Shown: piece by piece, positions 1 to 9,910 of the stretch
Layout of the letters: every line of letters begins with the position of its first letter
Position numbering within the stretch: position 1 is the first letter of the stretch
DNA from: Phormidesmis sp.
GTDB taxonomy: Bacteria; Cyanobacteriota; Cyanobacteriia; Leptolyngbyales; Leptolyngbyaceae
Assembly: GCA_965248535.1 (NCBI GenBank)
Contig: CBDFJR010000002.1
Coordinates: 2,016,001 to 2,080,000 of the forward strand
DNA: 64,000 nt
Direction: 5' to 3'
Position numbers and translations under genes: made by a program
The notes under the pieces: model-generated
Seen by the model: only the letters and a program-made list of their open reading frames with translations
Database searches by the model: none
Told to the model about the DNA's origin: nothing

Positions 1-1150
1 CGCGGCTGCCTGACAACGGTGCCTGAGACTTCGGGGACGACAAGGTATTAATGACAACCGATAAAGAAGGTGAATACTGCTGAATCGCTCCTCGACCCGC
101 ATTAATCCGCTTGCTGATTGGTAAGATTTTGATGAGTGCCAGCATAAAAGCCAGCAGTTCTGAAGTGCTTAATAACCCCTTAGAGATTAACAAGTTATAG
201 CTGCACACCAAAATTAGCAGCGCCACCGTCATCGTCGCCAGCTCAGTCAGGGGATCAATCAGTCTCATCTTCTTTGAAGACAAGATAATCCTATCTCTGA
301 CGACATCGCATAGCTGATTAAACCGTTTTAATTCAAATTCTTGAGTCGCATAAGACTGAACAATTCGCACCCCAGATAGCGTATCGAGAAAGCGCACATA
401 CAGCGCCTCTCTGGCTTCATACTCAGCTTTTCCTAGCGGCTTAAGATTGCCCAACAGTCGGGTCAACCCCAGACCAACCCCGCCAATCAACAAGACAATG
501 AGAACAGTTAGTTGCCACGACACCAGCAACATCGTCGCAATATAAGCGGTCAGAATCGTCAGACTGATCACAAGACCAATCACCCAACTCAGCAAAATGC
601 TGATATTGTTGACCTCTCCCAACATATTGGACAACGTGCCCATTTTTTCATTGTCAAAGAAGGTAATGGGCGCGTAGAGATATTTCTCATAGAGACGCTT
701 GCGGAAGAGAGAAATAATATTTTGAGTATAAATAGTTGTCCCGTCTTCGGCAAAATAGCTAAAGACGCTTTTAAGCGCAACAGACGCTATCAAAACCAGA
801 CTAAACAGAGCCAGAAGCATCCCTTTGGGCTGTTGGGCTAACCAAACCCCTCCATCGGGTAAGAAAGAGAGCACAGGCAGATGAAAGCTGCTATTCTCGC
901 TCAACAGAATTTGTAGAAAAGGAATCGTCAGCCCAATGCCTGCACCATCCAATAGCGCCGCTAAAATCATCGAGATGATGCCTAAGTAGAGCGGCTTGCG
1001 GGGCACCTGCCTGCCGATGCGAATAAGCTGTCTAATATTTTGCCAGCGATCGCTTGATTGACCTTTCTGATTCTTTGTCCCGTCGAGACTTGATTTAAGA
1101 TGTTTCCGTTTCACAGTGTCTCTCAAAAATTTGTCCAGTAGATATCCCAT
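1..1150 (-). CDS. HepA/MsbA-like ABC exporter, N-terminal transmembrane half (runs off window start)
   Basis: Not in the ORF track. Spot manual translation of the minus frame from ATG 1150 (alternative GTG 1114) gives LGIISMILAALLDGAGIGLTIPFLQILL and LDTLSGVRIVQSYATQEFELKRFN, typical of ABC transmembrane domains; the frame is open at the window edge. Confidence 0.8.
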   Translation of the reverse strand, partial: MGYLLDKFLRDTVKRKHLKSSLDGTKNQKGQSSDRWQNIRQLIRIGRQVPRKPLYLGIISMILAALLDGAGIGLTIPFLQILLSENSSFHLPVLSFLPDGGVWLAQQPKGMLLALFSLVLIASVALKSVFSYFAEDGTTIYTQNIISLFRKRLYEKYLYAPITFFDNEKMGTLSNMLGEVNNISILLSWVIGLVISLTILTAYIATMLLVSWQLTVLIVLLIGGVGLGLTRLLGNLKPLGKAEYEAREALYVRFLDTLSGVRIVQSYATQEFELKRFNQLCDVVRDRIILSSKKMRLIDPLTELATMTVALLILVCSYNLLISKGLLSTSELLAFMLALIKILPISKRINAGRGAIQQYSPSLSVVINTLSSPKSQAPLSGSR

Positions 1151-1189
1151 CACACCCCTGTCATCTGAAGCGCAGCCCTCACACGCGGT

Positions 1190-2164
1190 TTAGAAAAAAG
1201 CGTCTTTGATCGTTAATCGCATTTCCTGAATGAAAGATTGCTTGTAGTCTGCCCACCATAGCTGTATTTTTTCAGATAAACGCTCTATATCAATTGAATT
1301 GAGCAAGGGTTCTAAATCTCTCCAGTTATAAATTAGAGGACAGGGAAAATTTGACTCGAATGCTTTTTCCCAATATCGATAATTTCTTAACCAAAATCTC
1401 CGATCGCGGCTGCCATAACTAATGAGTAGTTGAGGATCAACTAATACTGATAAAGCTTGACGAATATTTTGGGCGGCAATAATTGGAATGGTTCCAGCCT
1501 CTAGAGATTCATAAACTCGAAAACAATCGACTGAGTTGTTTCCCATAGGGCATAGAGAAAATTTTGTATTGTTTAATAAAGCAGCATAGTCTGGGGTTTG
1601 AAGTCCGTTTGGATCGTTCCACTGAGTCGTCGTATGATATTTCCCTCCGGGAATACGTTTGGCGTACTCCATCATTTCATAGCGCGATCCTTTTAACTGA
1701 CCCGCAAAAGACCACAGATACTCCCTTTGGTGAATGGGTCTATCGACTAGCGCTTGACAGAAACCAGATTTATAGCCGAGCGGCAAGTAGTGACAGGTCT
1801 GATATCTTTTGTGATCCTCTTCTTTGTAGTATTGTCTAAAAACAAAATTTAGGTCGCGATAAAAATTAGTAGACTCTTTATAGAATTCATCACCTAAATG
1901 AAATAGACCTACCTTCATTCCTGCATCTTTAAAGCGCTTGACATAATCAAAAAATTCCTGGCGCTCTCTCCGATACTTCTGTCGTGATTCATAATCCTCA
2001 AAAAACATCTGACTCAGATTGGCAACAATGATGGCGTTGTCAACGCAAACTTTATTTTCTAAATCAACAATATGATTTACTTCAAAGTCAGATAGCAGTA
2101 AATTAATCCAATCATATTCGTAAGAAGAATGAGGCTCAAATTTCCACCAAATCAGGTTAATCAT
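1190..2164 (-). CDS. Exostosin-like (GT47-type) glycosyltransferase
   Basis: C-terminal motif TKFSLCPMGNNSVDCFRVYESLEAGTIPI; WSFAG motif. Confidence 0.7.
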   Translation of the reverse strand: MINLIWWKFEPHSSYEYDWINLLLSDFEVNHIVDLENKVCVDNAIIVANLSQMFFEDYESRQKYRRERQEFFDYVKRFKDAGMKVGLFHLGDEFYKESTNFYRDLNFVFRQYYKEEDHKRYQTCHYLPLGYKSGFCQALVDRPIHQREYLWSFAGQLKGSRYEMMEYAKRIPGGKYHTTTQWNDPNGLQTPDYAALLNNTKFSLCPMGNNSVDCFRVYESLEAGTIPIIAAQNIRQALSVLVDPQLLISYGSRDRRFWLRNYRYWEKAFESNFPCPLIYNWRDLEPLLNSIDIERLSEKIQLWWADYKQSFIQEMRLTIKDAFF

Positions 2165-2302
2165 GTCCAGTTTTAGCTAGTTTATGCTTGGCAAAAGGTG
2201 AATACATCTGAAGTTTGAGAAAACTGTACTACCAAAAACATTGCAAACGCACCATAGCAGGAAATCAACCTACCTAATTTGTCCTTCTACTAAAAATCGG
2301 AA

Positions 2303-3556
2303 TTATGCCTGTCTTTTTGCGCTTCTATAAGCTGACATGACCTGACGATGGTCTGCGTTCCTATAGTGAGTGATGAAATTCCAGGTTCTACTCCAGCGGA
2401 TCAAGTCGCGCCCTAGCCCTTGAACGCTATCTCCAAATCTGGGAAGCCCTGGGTCGATCGCTTGCCCATTGAGCAGCGCCATCCACAGGCTACAGATGCG
2501 CTGGTTGTTAAACTTTTGTCTGACAAACTCACCCGCTAGTCTGCCATTTTCAGCAACCCGTTCTTTGTTAGATAAGCCTTCAACAATCCGTTCACTCACT
2601 GATTGAACTGCGTCCCCCTCTGCTAGCGAATTGAACGTATCGTGATAGATCGTTTCTGGAAGCGCTCCGGCTCTGACAGAGAAAACGGTGCGATCGCAGA
2701 CCTCAGCCTCGACAGCAGAGATGCAAAACGTTTCAGGGTGTCTATAGGATGGATTGACAATCACCGCCCAAGACTTAGCAATTTCGGTCTGAAGCTGACT
2801 GGGAGACAGTGACCCTAAAAATTTGGGCTGGTAGTTTGGGGGCAAGGAGTCTAGCCACGGTTGGATGACGGTGTTCTCTAAAGTCGGTTCGGCGAGTCCG
2901 GCCTCTCCAGCCAAATTGTCTTGATAGAGGCTGATGCTGCCCGCGATCGCAAACTCTAACGCAACTTGGCGCTGGGCCAGGTCAGACCAAATTTGAGTTA
3001 GCTCAAGCAATCCTTTACCAAGACCGAGTGCCCCGACAAACAAAAGTCTAGGAACCTTCAGTTCTTCAATCTCACTAGCCGGGACTGGACGAAACAGAGC
3101 AGAGTGAAGATTAGGAATCACAACCACCTTGTCCTGCCATCCCGGCAACATACGATACCATTTCGCTAGATATTGGGAGGGACAAATCACCTTATGTCCT
3201 CTTTCTTGTAGGAAGGTGTGAATGAGAGTCTTAGGAGCCTGAAGGTGAAGCCAGAGCCATGTTTTGGTCAAAACGTGATTGCCAAACGTCAATGACAGCC
3301 CATCCCAGTGCCCTTGGTGGACAATCAAGTGGTCAAACTCTTCAGCCTTTACATCCTGATGGCTGACAGATTTGAAGTGACAACTAGAGACCGGGGCAGC
3401 CATACTCAGGCAGACCTCAACTCCCGCCGCCGCTAATAAACCTGCTAGTCGAATAAATGAACCATCCGTTCCATTCACAGGAGCGTGACCACTGATAATG
3501 TCATCGATCGAGCGATAGGATTTATGCTCGACTGGCAGAGCTACTAAGACCTTCAT
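2303..3556 (-). CDS. Glycosyltransferase family 4 (GT-B)
   Basis: LLFVGALGLGKG and PETFCISAVEA (EX7E) motifs. Confidence 0.8.
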   Translation of the reverse strand: MKVLVALPVEHKSYRSIDDIISGHAPVNGTDGSFIRLAGLLAAAGVEVCLSMAAPVSSCHFKSVSHQDVKAEEFDHLIVHQGHWDGLSLTFGNHVLTKTWLWLHLQAPKTLIHTFLQERGHKVICPSQYLAKWYRMLPGWQDKVVVIPNLHSALFRPVPASEIEELKVPRLLFVGALGLGKGLLELTQIWSDLAQRQVALEFAIAGSISLYQDNLAGEAGLAEPTLENTVIQPWLDSLPPNYQPKFLGSLSPSQLQTEIAKSWAVIVNPSYRHPETFCISAVEAEVCDRTVFSVRAGALPETIYHDTFNSLAEGDAVQSVSERIVEGLSNKERVAENGRLAGEFVRQKFNNQRICSLWMALLNGQAIDPGLPRFGDSVQGLGRDLIRWSRTWNFITHYRNADHRQVMSAYRSAKRQA

Positions 3557-3637
3557 GATAATGAGTCGATCTCCAGATAGTGACCACAGATTTAAGGAAT
3601 GAGGGCTGAAAGGCGGCTGACTCGCTGAAGGGTCAAT

Positions 3638-4651
3638 CTACCAGCCCAGCAGTTTCAACACCTTCTCAATGATGCGGATATCAAACGTCCGGTTATAGGG
3701 CTGATAATAAGCCTGAGAAGCTTGCAGCCAGCGATGAACCCACTTGTCGAGCTTACTGCGGGGGTCGCTGAGAGACTGAGAGGGTTCCTTGCCATAGATT
3801 TCTCGATGGACTGCTTCCCAATCGACACTCCAGATATTCTGTCGTCGAAAGTGTTTAGGCCCATATTTATCAACCATATCCAGCAATTCTTTGTCCCACC
3901 AGGGGCGATGAGGGCGATGGATGCTCGTCATGTCGATGCCCCGATCGGTGTAGCCCTGAAACCAATGGCTAGGGATCGGTCGGATTTGATCGGGTTTCAG
4001 ACTATCTTCCTCGTGGTACTGCCGATAGAGTTCAATGGCGCTGCGATCGGGGTTAACAATTCGTTCAAAACACTGATACCAGCGCCACTTACTCTCCCGG
4101 CGCATTTCATCGGTGAAAGCAAAGTGCATAACTTTGATATCTCGCATCAAAATATCGGGGGCATTCAACGGAGCCGGAATCCGCGTTGTGTGCAGGGTGC
4201 TCCACATCGGTTCACTGCCGTCATCCATAAAGCCCCAAGCATAGTCCCAGGGTGCTGTCCAATAGTGCTCAAGATCGCCCATCAAGTTGGCCCACTTAAA
4301 GCGGACAGCGGTGCCCATGGGGGCATTCAGCAGCGTCTGCCATTCAGGGCTAGTCATAAAATTAGACGTGAATGCTTCATCGGCATCCAGCGTGATCAAG
4401 AGCCGGGGCCCCGGAATCTGGCGGGCAGCATCCAACACGAGCTTTTGTCTTTCGGCTTCGTTGTAGCCCGTCCCAGGGTTGTGAACCACCGTTACTTTAG
4501 GGTAGCGGCGGGCAATGTCGGCAGAGTTATCGGTCGATTGGTCGGCGAGGATGATATGGTCTGCCCAGAGGCTGGCACACTGCAAGAACCGATCGAGAAT
4601 CCAAGCTTCATTTTTAATCGGCGTAAGACAGATGATGGTTGGTTTTCCCAT
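3638..4651 (-). CDS. Glycosyltransferase family 2-like (Glyco_tranf_2_4 type)
   Basis: TPIKNEAWIL, ADQSTDNS and LDADE motifs; paralog of 26834-27841. Confidence 0.85.
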   Translation of the reverse strand: MGKPTIICLTPIKNEAWILDRFLQCASLWADHIILADQSTDNSADIARRYPKVTVVHNPGTGYNEAERQKLVLDAARQIPGPRLLITLDADEAFTSNFMTSPEWQTLLNAPMGTAVRFKWANLMGDLEHYWTAPWDYAWGFMDDGSEPMWSTLHTTRIPAPLNAPDILMRDIKVMHFAFTDEMRRESKWRWYQCFERIVNPDRSAIELYRQYHEEDSLKPDQIRPIPSHWFQGYTDRGIDMTSIHRPHRPWWDKELLDMVDKYGPKHFRRQNIWSVDWEAVHREIYGKEPSQSLSDPRSKLDKWVHRWLQASQAYYQPYNRTFDIRIIEKVLKLLGW

Positions 4652-4734
4652 AATGAGATCTCCTCTGGAGTAGCAAAATAGGTAACGTTTGAGAAGGGAG
4701 GGGAGCGATCGGGCTGATCAAAGCGACTCACCCT

Positions 4735-5721
4735 TTAGCCAAACCAAACTTTAGAAAAGTATCCCCATTGCCACGAGAGCATGAGTTTTGCCTGATCCAA
4801 AAGTCTAATTTGAACCTTGTGTGGGGTGCGAGACACTCGCTGCAAGATGAGTGGATTTAACTCAAAGATGCGTTTTAGCAGATTCCAGGTGCTACTCAAT
4901 CGTTGATAAATCGGCGACTTGCCAACAATGCTATCCACCAAAGCAACCGAGTAGCCTTGCCAATAGCTGCGCTGAACTAACCAAGCTGGGTTAATCCGTT
5001 CTTTAGGAACCCAATGAGACACGGATGCTTGAGGGCTGTAGTAAAACCCTTCGCCTTGAGCTTTTAAGGTGGCATTCAACAAGGTTTCTTCACCCGACAG
5101 CAGGCTTTGTCCTTTGCGCCCCAGTTGTTCACAAAATCCTCCTGCTTTTTCTAGGGCATCACGGCGATAGATCACGTTTGCTCCCCAGGGATATTCATTG
5201 TCGTGAAACCACCGGGGCGCATCTCCGCCATCAAGCATGGTGAACAGCGTTTCCATAATGGGAGTAATCCAGTCAGGTCGAGGAATCTCCCAAAGCGGAT
5301 AGATCGGCCCGCCCACACTCACGGGTTTGGGGTGCACCGTTTCAAAAACAGTCAGAATGGCTTCAACCCACTGTTCACAGGGAATAGCATCATCATCTAA
5401 ATAGGCAATATAGGGACTTTGAGTAGTCTGCCAGCCTGTGTTACGAGCTTTTGACAGCCCTTGAATCGGCTCATAGACATAGCTAAAGTTTGCAAACCGT
5501 TCTTGAAACGATTGACAGACTCTAGAGGTGTCATCGGTAGAGCGATTATCGACCACCAAAACCTCAAACTTCTGGCTTGGCAGCGTCTGTTTGGTCAACG
5601 CCTCTAGAGCCAAAAGCAGACGATCGGCACGATTATAGGTGCAGATGACGACCGCGATCGGCGGTAGCTGATTGACGAAGGCTAAGGGGTCTGACCCACG
5701 ATTTTGAGTTTCCACTTCCAT
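4735..5721 (-). CDS. Glycosyltransferase family 2
   Basis: VVICTYNR, VVDNRSTD, GLSKARNTG, YLDDD and GEE motifs. Confidence 0.9.
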   Translation of the reverse strand: MEVETQNRGSDPLAFVNQLPPIAVVICTYNRADRLLLALEALTKQTLPSQKFEVLVVDNRSTDDTSRVCQSFQERFANFSYVYEPIQGLSKARNTGWQTTQSPYIAYLDDDAIPCEQWVEAILTVFETVHPKPVSVGGPIYPLWEIPRPDWITPIMETLFTMLDGGDAPRWFHDNEYPWGANVIYRRDALEKAGGFCEQLGRKGQSLLSGEETLLNATLKAQGEGFYYSPQASVSHWVPKERINPAWLVQRSYWQGYSVALVDSIVGKSPIYQRLSSTWNLLKRIFELNPLILQRVSRTPHKVQIRLLDQAKLMLSWQWGYFSKVWFG

Positions 5722-5789
5722 AAACTTTAGATTTTAGACCGTGAGAACAAACGGGTTAACGCAGCTTATACAGTTGAAAAACTAGAGTC

Positions 5790-7001
5790 TCATTGCGGTT
5801 GCAACTGGCGGATGTGCCAACGCTGCATCATGGCTGCACAAATTTCTGCAACGATCGTGCGGGCACTAAACGGCGCAGCCGACTCTAGACACGCCTGCAC
5901 CGGAAAGTGTTGAGGATGAGCCATGACTTGGTTGAGGGCGGCAGACAGGGATTCAGCCGTGCGCTGCTCACAGACCACACCACTCTGGCTAGAGAGCAAG
6001 TTTGGGGTTTCTCCGCAGCGAGTGCTGACGACAGGGATGCCGCTCGCCAATGCCTCTAAGACGGCGACGGGCAGACCTTCATAGACGCTCGACAGCACAA
6101 AGACGCTGGCAATCTGCTGGAGTTTTGCCAGATCGCTTTGGGGCAACGCTCCTAACATCGTGACCCGTTCACTCAACCCTAGATGAGCAATTTCAGCGCG
6201 GAGTGGCTCTGATAAATCTCCTTCTCCAGCAATGAGCAAATGAATCGTAGGGTCTTTGAGATTGGCAAGGGCACGCACCAGCAGCAGCGGGTCTTTTTGA
6301 GCATGGAGGCGACCTGCAAATAGAACGAAACGGGTTTGAGCAGACAACTCTAACTTTTGGGCTAGGGTTGAACGCGCTTGGTCACGCTCCGCCGGAGCCA
6401 GGGGAAAGAAAATTTCGGTATCGACCGTGTTTCGCAGATAGCGTACCCGATCGGCGTAGCTCGGATATCGCTGTTGATAAAAGGCGGCTGAAGCGTGATT
6501 GCACGACAGGATCTCAGTAAACTGGGGCACGACCCATTGCTCGATCGCGAAATAGGCCGACGGGAGGCGCTGCCAGAAAATGCCGCCCTTAGACTGAGTG
6601 GGTTGAACCTGAGCCTGAATGTCGTTATGAATAAAAAGGGTTTTGTCGCCTGACCAGTGCCGAGTCGCGAGGGTCGGCTCTAATCGATGAAAGTGCATGA
6701 AATCAGAGGCTAGATTCTGCTTAAATAGCGCGCCAGCATAGCGAACCGTATCAGGAACCCAACTGCCGCCGTTTTCTTTGGGTTGAGTAAACAGGGGCAT
6801 AAACTCGATCGGGCGACCCATCAACTCTGCGGTTTGCCAGGTTCCGGGTCTGATTCGCTCTTCGACCTGAGTGCCGACTAGCCGCAAATCAAAGCTATCA
6901 GGTGCATATTTAATGAAGGAACGAATCACAGTTTGGATGCCGCCGACACTGTTACTCCAAGGGTCAAACTGATAAAAAATCGTGATAACTGGTTTACGCA
7001 T
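5790..7001 (-). CDS. Glycosyltransferase family 4
   Basis: LFAGRLHAQKD and YEGLPVAVLEALASGIPVV motifs. Confidence 0.9.
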   Translation of the reverse strand: MRKPVITIFYQFDPWSNSVGGIQTVIRSFIKYAPDSFDLRLVGTQVEERIRPGTWQTAELMGRPIEFMPLFTQPKENGGSWVPDTVRYAGALFKQNLASDFMHFHRLEPTLATRHWSGDKTLFIHNDIQAQVQPTQSKGGIFWQRLPSAYFAIEQWVVPQFTEILSCNHASAAFYQQRYPSYADRVRYLRNTVDTEIFFPLAPAERDQARSTLAQKLELSAQTRFVLFAGRLHAQKDPLLLVRALANLKDPTIHLLIAGEGDLSEPLRAEIAHLGLSERVTMLGALPQSDLAKLQQIASVFVLSSVYEGLPVAVLEALASGIPVVSTRCGETPNLLSSQSGVVCEQRTAESLSAALNQVMAHPQHFPVQACLESAAPFSARTIVAEICAAMMQRWHIRQLQPQ

Positions 7002-7147
7002 AAGAACGAATCAACTTAATGGATCACGGCTGAGAAGGTTGAGATCATCAAACCGCATCAAAACGTTTTGCATCCCAACAGACCCTGTTTCAGCATTTAG
7101 GGCATCACGACGGCTGCGACTAGCAATCCTTGCCTAAGCAGAGAGGC

Positions 7148-8083
7148 TCAACGCAGCACTCTGGGGGGCTGCCGTCCTTCATAGGCGAGCTTCGCCGTCC
7201 AGGTGCCTACAAAGTGATGCCAAAGCACCGCCAGCCGCAGCAGATCTTGGGGTAGCTCCCAAGTCGGCGATCGCCGAATCGGAGCCGCCAGCACCCGCAG
7301 CAAAGTAGTCACCGGGTAGACCACCAACCCTAAAAGAAGTTTGACAAAATACTTCAAGGGCTGAGGCACCGGAGCCATCTGCGGGTGCGTCGAAGTCAAA
7401 AAGAACCAGCCATAGGCATCGCGCTCTAGCACATAGGTGAAATCTTTAAGCTGCGTCCGATAACGATGTTGAACAACAGCCTGCCCCTCGTCGCAAATCT
7501 TGAGGGTATAGCGCCCCGACTGCAACACGCGCCAACTCATCTCCACATCGGGGCCCGAAAAACTCTGGTCATCAAACAGCCCCAGTTCGTCAAACACAGC
7601 TTTGCGATACATCACGTTTGCGGTGACGACATAGGGCTGGATGCGATCGCTGCCCCGACTGTGGTTGGGGCTTTTAAACACGCAGCCTTCAAAATAGTCG
7701 ATCGAGTTGCTGATCGTGCGGGGCGTTAAGCTGCCGCCGACGGCTCCGACCTCTGGGCTGTCAAACGCTTGCCACAACTCCACTAGCCAGTTAGGGCTGA
7801 CTTTGCAATCGGCATCGGTAAAGACAATAAACTCACCCTGAGCCTGACGAATGGCTGTATTTCGTGCTGAGTAAGGGCCGGGAGTGGCTTCTTGCAGCAC
7901 CGTGACGGGATACGATCGCAGAATCTCTAGACTCCGATCGGTTGAATTATTATCAACACAGAGAATCTCTAAGCGATCGCTCGACCAGTTGAGATCCAAC
8001 AGCGAATCCAGCAGTTCAGCAATTTCGTGCTCCTCGTTATAAACAGGAACCACTACAGAAATCATTGGGAGATCAGTCTTCAT
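7148..8083 (-). CDS. Glycosyltransferase family 2
   Basis: ISVVVPVYNE, VDNNSTD and FTDADC motifs; start placed at MKTDLP, overlapping the upstream stop codon. Confidence 0.88.
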   Translation of the reverse strand: MKTDLPMISVVVPVYNEEHEIAELLDSLLDLNWSSDRLEILCVDNNSTDRSLEILRSYPVTVLQEATPGPYSARNTAIRQAQGEFIVFTDADCKVSPNWLVELWQAFDSPEVGAVGGSLTPRTISNSIDYFEGCVFKSPNHSRGSDRIQPYVVTANVMYRKAVFDELGLFDDQSFSGPDVEMSWRVLQSGRYTLKICDEGQAVVQHRYRTQLKDFTYVLERDAYGWFFLTSTHPQMAPVPQPLKYFVKLLLGLVVYPVTTLLRVLAAPIRRSPTWELPQDLLRLAVLWHHFVGTWTAKLAYEGRQPPRVLR

Positions 8084-8985
8084 AGCATTTCTAGAGACAG
8101 ACGAGAGAGGCGACGATGAAGCCATTTGCGGGTGAGCCGTTCTCCTATAAACTGGGGGATGGCCGGATAACCTTTTTGCAATGACTTCCAGGCAAGCTGT
8201 TTTTCACCCGACTTAAAATAAGCCCAGGCCACATCGACCCAGCGCCGCATAATGGCGCGGTTGACCTGCGGCTGCAAATGAGAAGCGCAGGTTTGAAAGG
8301 CATCTTCCATAACAGCCAGTTCATCTAGAGCAATCTGCACATAGTTAACCGTGAGGCTGCTCTGTCGTTTGCGATAGACAGTGAGCACTTCAGGAACAAA
8401 GCCAACCTCCCAGCCAGCCTGAGCAATCTCTAGCCAAAGGTGATAGTCTTCGCCCGTGCGAAAGCGATCGTCAAACCTGCGCTGATTCAGGCTTTCGGCG
8501 CGCACGACCACCGTGCTGCTGGTGCCTGTCCAGTTGCGTTCTAAAAAGTCTGCCCACTCTAAGGTCGGGTGAACAGGGGGGGCAAACCAAGGGGTGACGC
8601 GCAGCCCATCGGGACGATCGTAAAGCACTTCAAACCAGTTAAAACTCATGCCCAGATTAGGATGAGTCTGCATCTGCTCTAGATGCGCTTCAAGTTTGCG
8701 CGGATGCCACAGATCGTCTGAGTCTAGAAAGGCGATCAATTGACCGTTTGCCAACTCTAAACCCGTGTTGCGAGCCGCCGCCGGCCCAGCATTGGTCTGA
8801 TAAATATAGTGGAGGACACCCTGATCGGCAAATGCTTTGACCCGATCGGCAGTGTCGTCAGTAGAGCCATCATCAACAACAATCAGTTCAAAATCACGTA
8901 GGGTTTGAGCAAACACAGAAGTCAACGATTGCTCAATATAATCCCCAACGTTGTAGACCGGAACGATAATACTAAACGTTGGCAT
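8080..8985 (-). CDS. Glycosyltransferase family 2
   Basis: FSIIVPVYN, VDDGSTD, GPAAARNTG, FLDSDD and ED motifs; ATG start at 8985 (TTG at 9006 possible). Confidence 0.9.
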   Translation of the reverse strand: MPTFSIIVPVYNVGDYIEQSLTSVFAQTLRDFELIVVDDGSTDDTADRVKAFADQGVLHYIYQTNAGPAAARNTGLELANGQLIAFLDSDDLWHPRKLEAHLEQMQTHPNLGMSFNWFEVLYDRPDGLRVTPWFAPPVHPTLEWADFLERNWTGTSSTVVVRAESLNQRRFDDRFRTGEDYHLWLEIAQAGWEVGFVPEVLTVYRKRQSSLTVNYVQIALDELAVMEDAFQTCASHLQPQVNRAIMRRWVDVAWAYFKSGEKQLAWKSLQKGYPAIPQFIGERLTRKWLHRRLSRLSLEML

Positions 8986-9016
8986 AACGACCGAAACAAG
9001 GGGCAAAATCCAAGTA

Positions 9017-9877
9017 TCAAGAATTGACTAAAAAATCAAACCGAAAGAAATCGCGGGTGCCTAATAGGTTCTTAAAAATGGCGATTCTCTCAGATAGCCG
9101 AATCTCAAAATTGCCATCGTTGTTGTAATAATTTAACTGGCGGCTAGGCTCGATATAGCGTTGCCAGTTCATATCTGTATCAAGCGACTGGTAGTGAATG
9201 AAATTATGCTGGTTGCTCTCTCTAGCGGCGCGGCGCGTTTTGAGCCGCAGTTGCATCTGCTCTGGATCGCGATATTGATAGTGACAATTGGGAATCCGGT
9301 AGGAGCATTTTTTGAGCTTTTTTGTGCCCTTGGGGGTCATGCAGCCGTGAGGATTGGCGGCATTGGTGCTTTCAGACCAAGTTAGGTCGGCATCAATGCG
9401 AAACAGGCGTTGCTCAATGTTGGTAAAGCGGTAGTATCGTCGCCGTTGGGTAATGGGACGATCGCGCGAATCCAACCCTTTCTGAGACTGCTGCCAATCA
9501 ACATCTGTGAAGTGAAAGTTATATTGAGCCGTGTTGATCTGCTGAGAACCTTCTTGCTCGGCAACGGCGATCGCTTTGCGGGGGTCTTCGGCCAAAAACT
9601 CGTCGGCATCTAGAATATAGAGCCAGTCTCCGATCTCAAGGCGATCGCGCACAGCGTTAAAGACTTGAGCGCGCAACCCATCTGAAAAAGGCACTGCTTC
9701 CTGCCGAAAAGGAACGACTATCTCACTGGCAGACTTTTGAACTTGGTGCCAGCTATCATCAATACTCCCCGTGTCAAAGACATAAATTTTGCTGCAAAAA
9801 TTGCTGGCATAGCGAAGGGTTTGAGCGATCACGTCTCCTTCGTTTTTGACCAGGCAAATCGCGTGGATGCGTTTCAT
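9017..9877 (-). CDS. Glycosyltransferase family 2-like
   Basis: CLVKNEGD, FDTGSID and LDADEF motifs. Confidence 0.8.
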   Translation of the reverse strand: MKRIHAICLVKNEGDVIAQTLRYASNFCSKIYVFDTGSIDDSWHQVQKSASEIVVPFRQEAVPFSDGLRAQVFNAVRDRLEIGDWLYILDADEFLAEDPRKAIAVAEQEGSQQINTAQYNFHFTDVDWQQSQKGLDSRDRPITQRRRYYRFTNIEQRLFRIDADLTWSESTNAANPHGCMTPKGTKKLKKCSYRIPNCHYQYRDPEQMQLRLKTRRAARESNQHNFIHYQSLDTDMNWQRYIEPSRQLNYYNNDGNFEIRLSERIAIFKNLLGTRDFFRFDFLVNS

Positions 9878-9910
9878 CCGATCTCTCCTAATAGATGCGT
9901 CAAGAAAGAG

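Noticed and set aside
512..841. ORFs 512-841 (+) and 589-780 (-)
   Set aside because: They overlap the ABC transporter frame that runs off the window and was missed by the ORF track.
3722..4681. 319-aa plus-strand ORF
   Set aside because: Antisense shadow of a motif-bearing GT2 gene; no recognisable domain.
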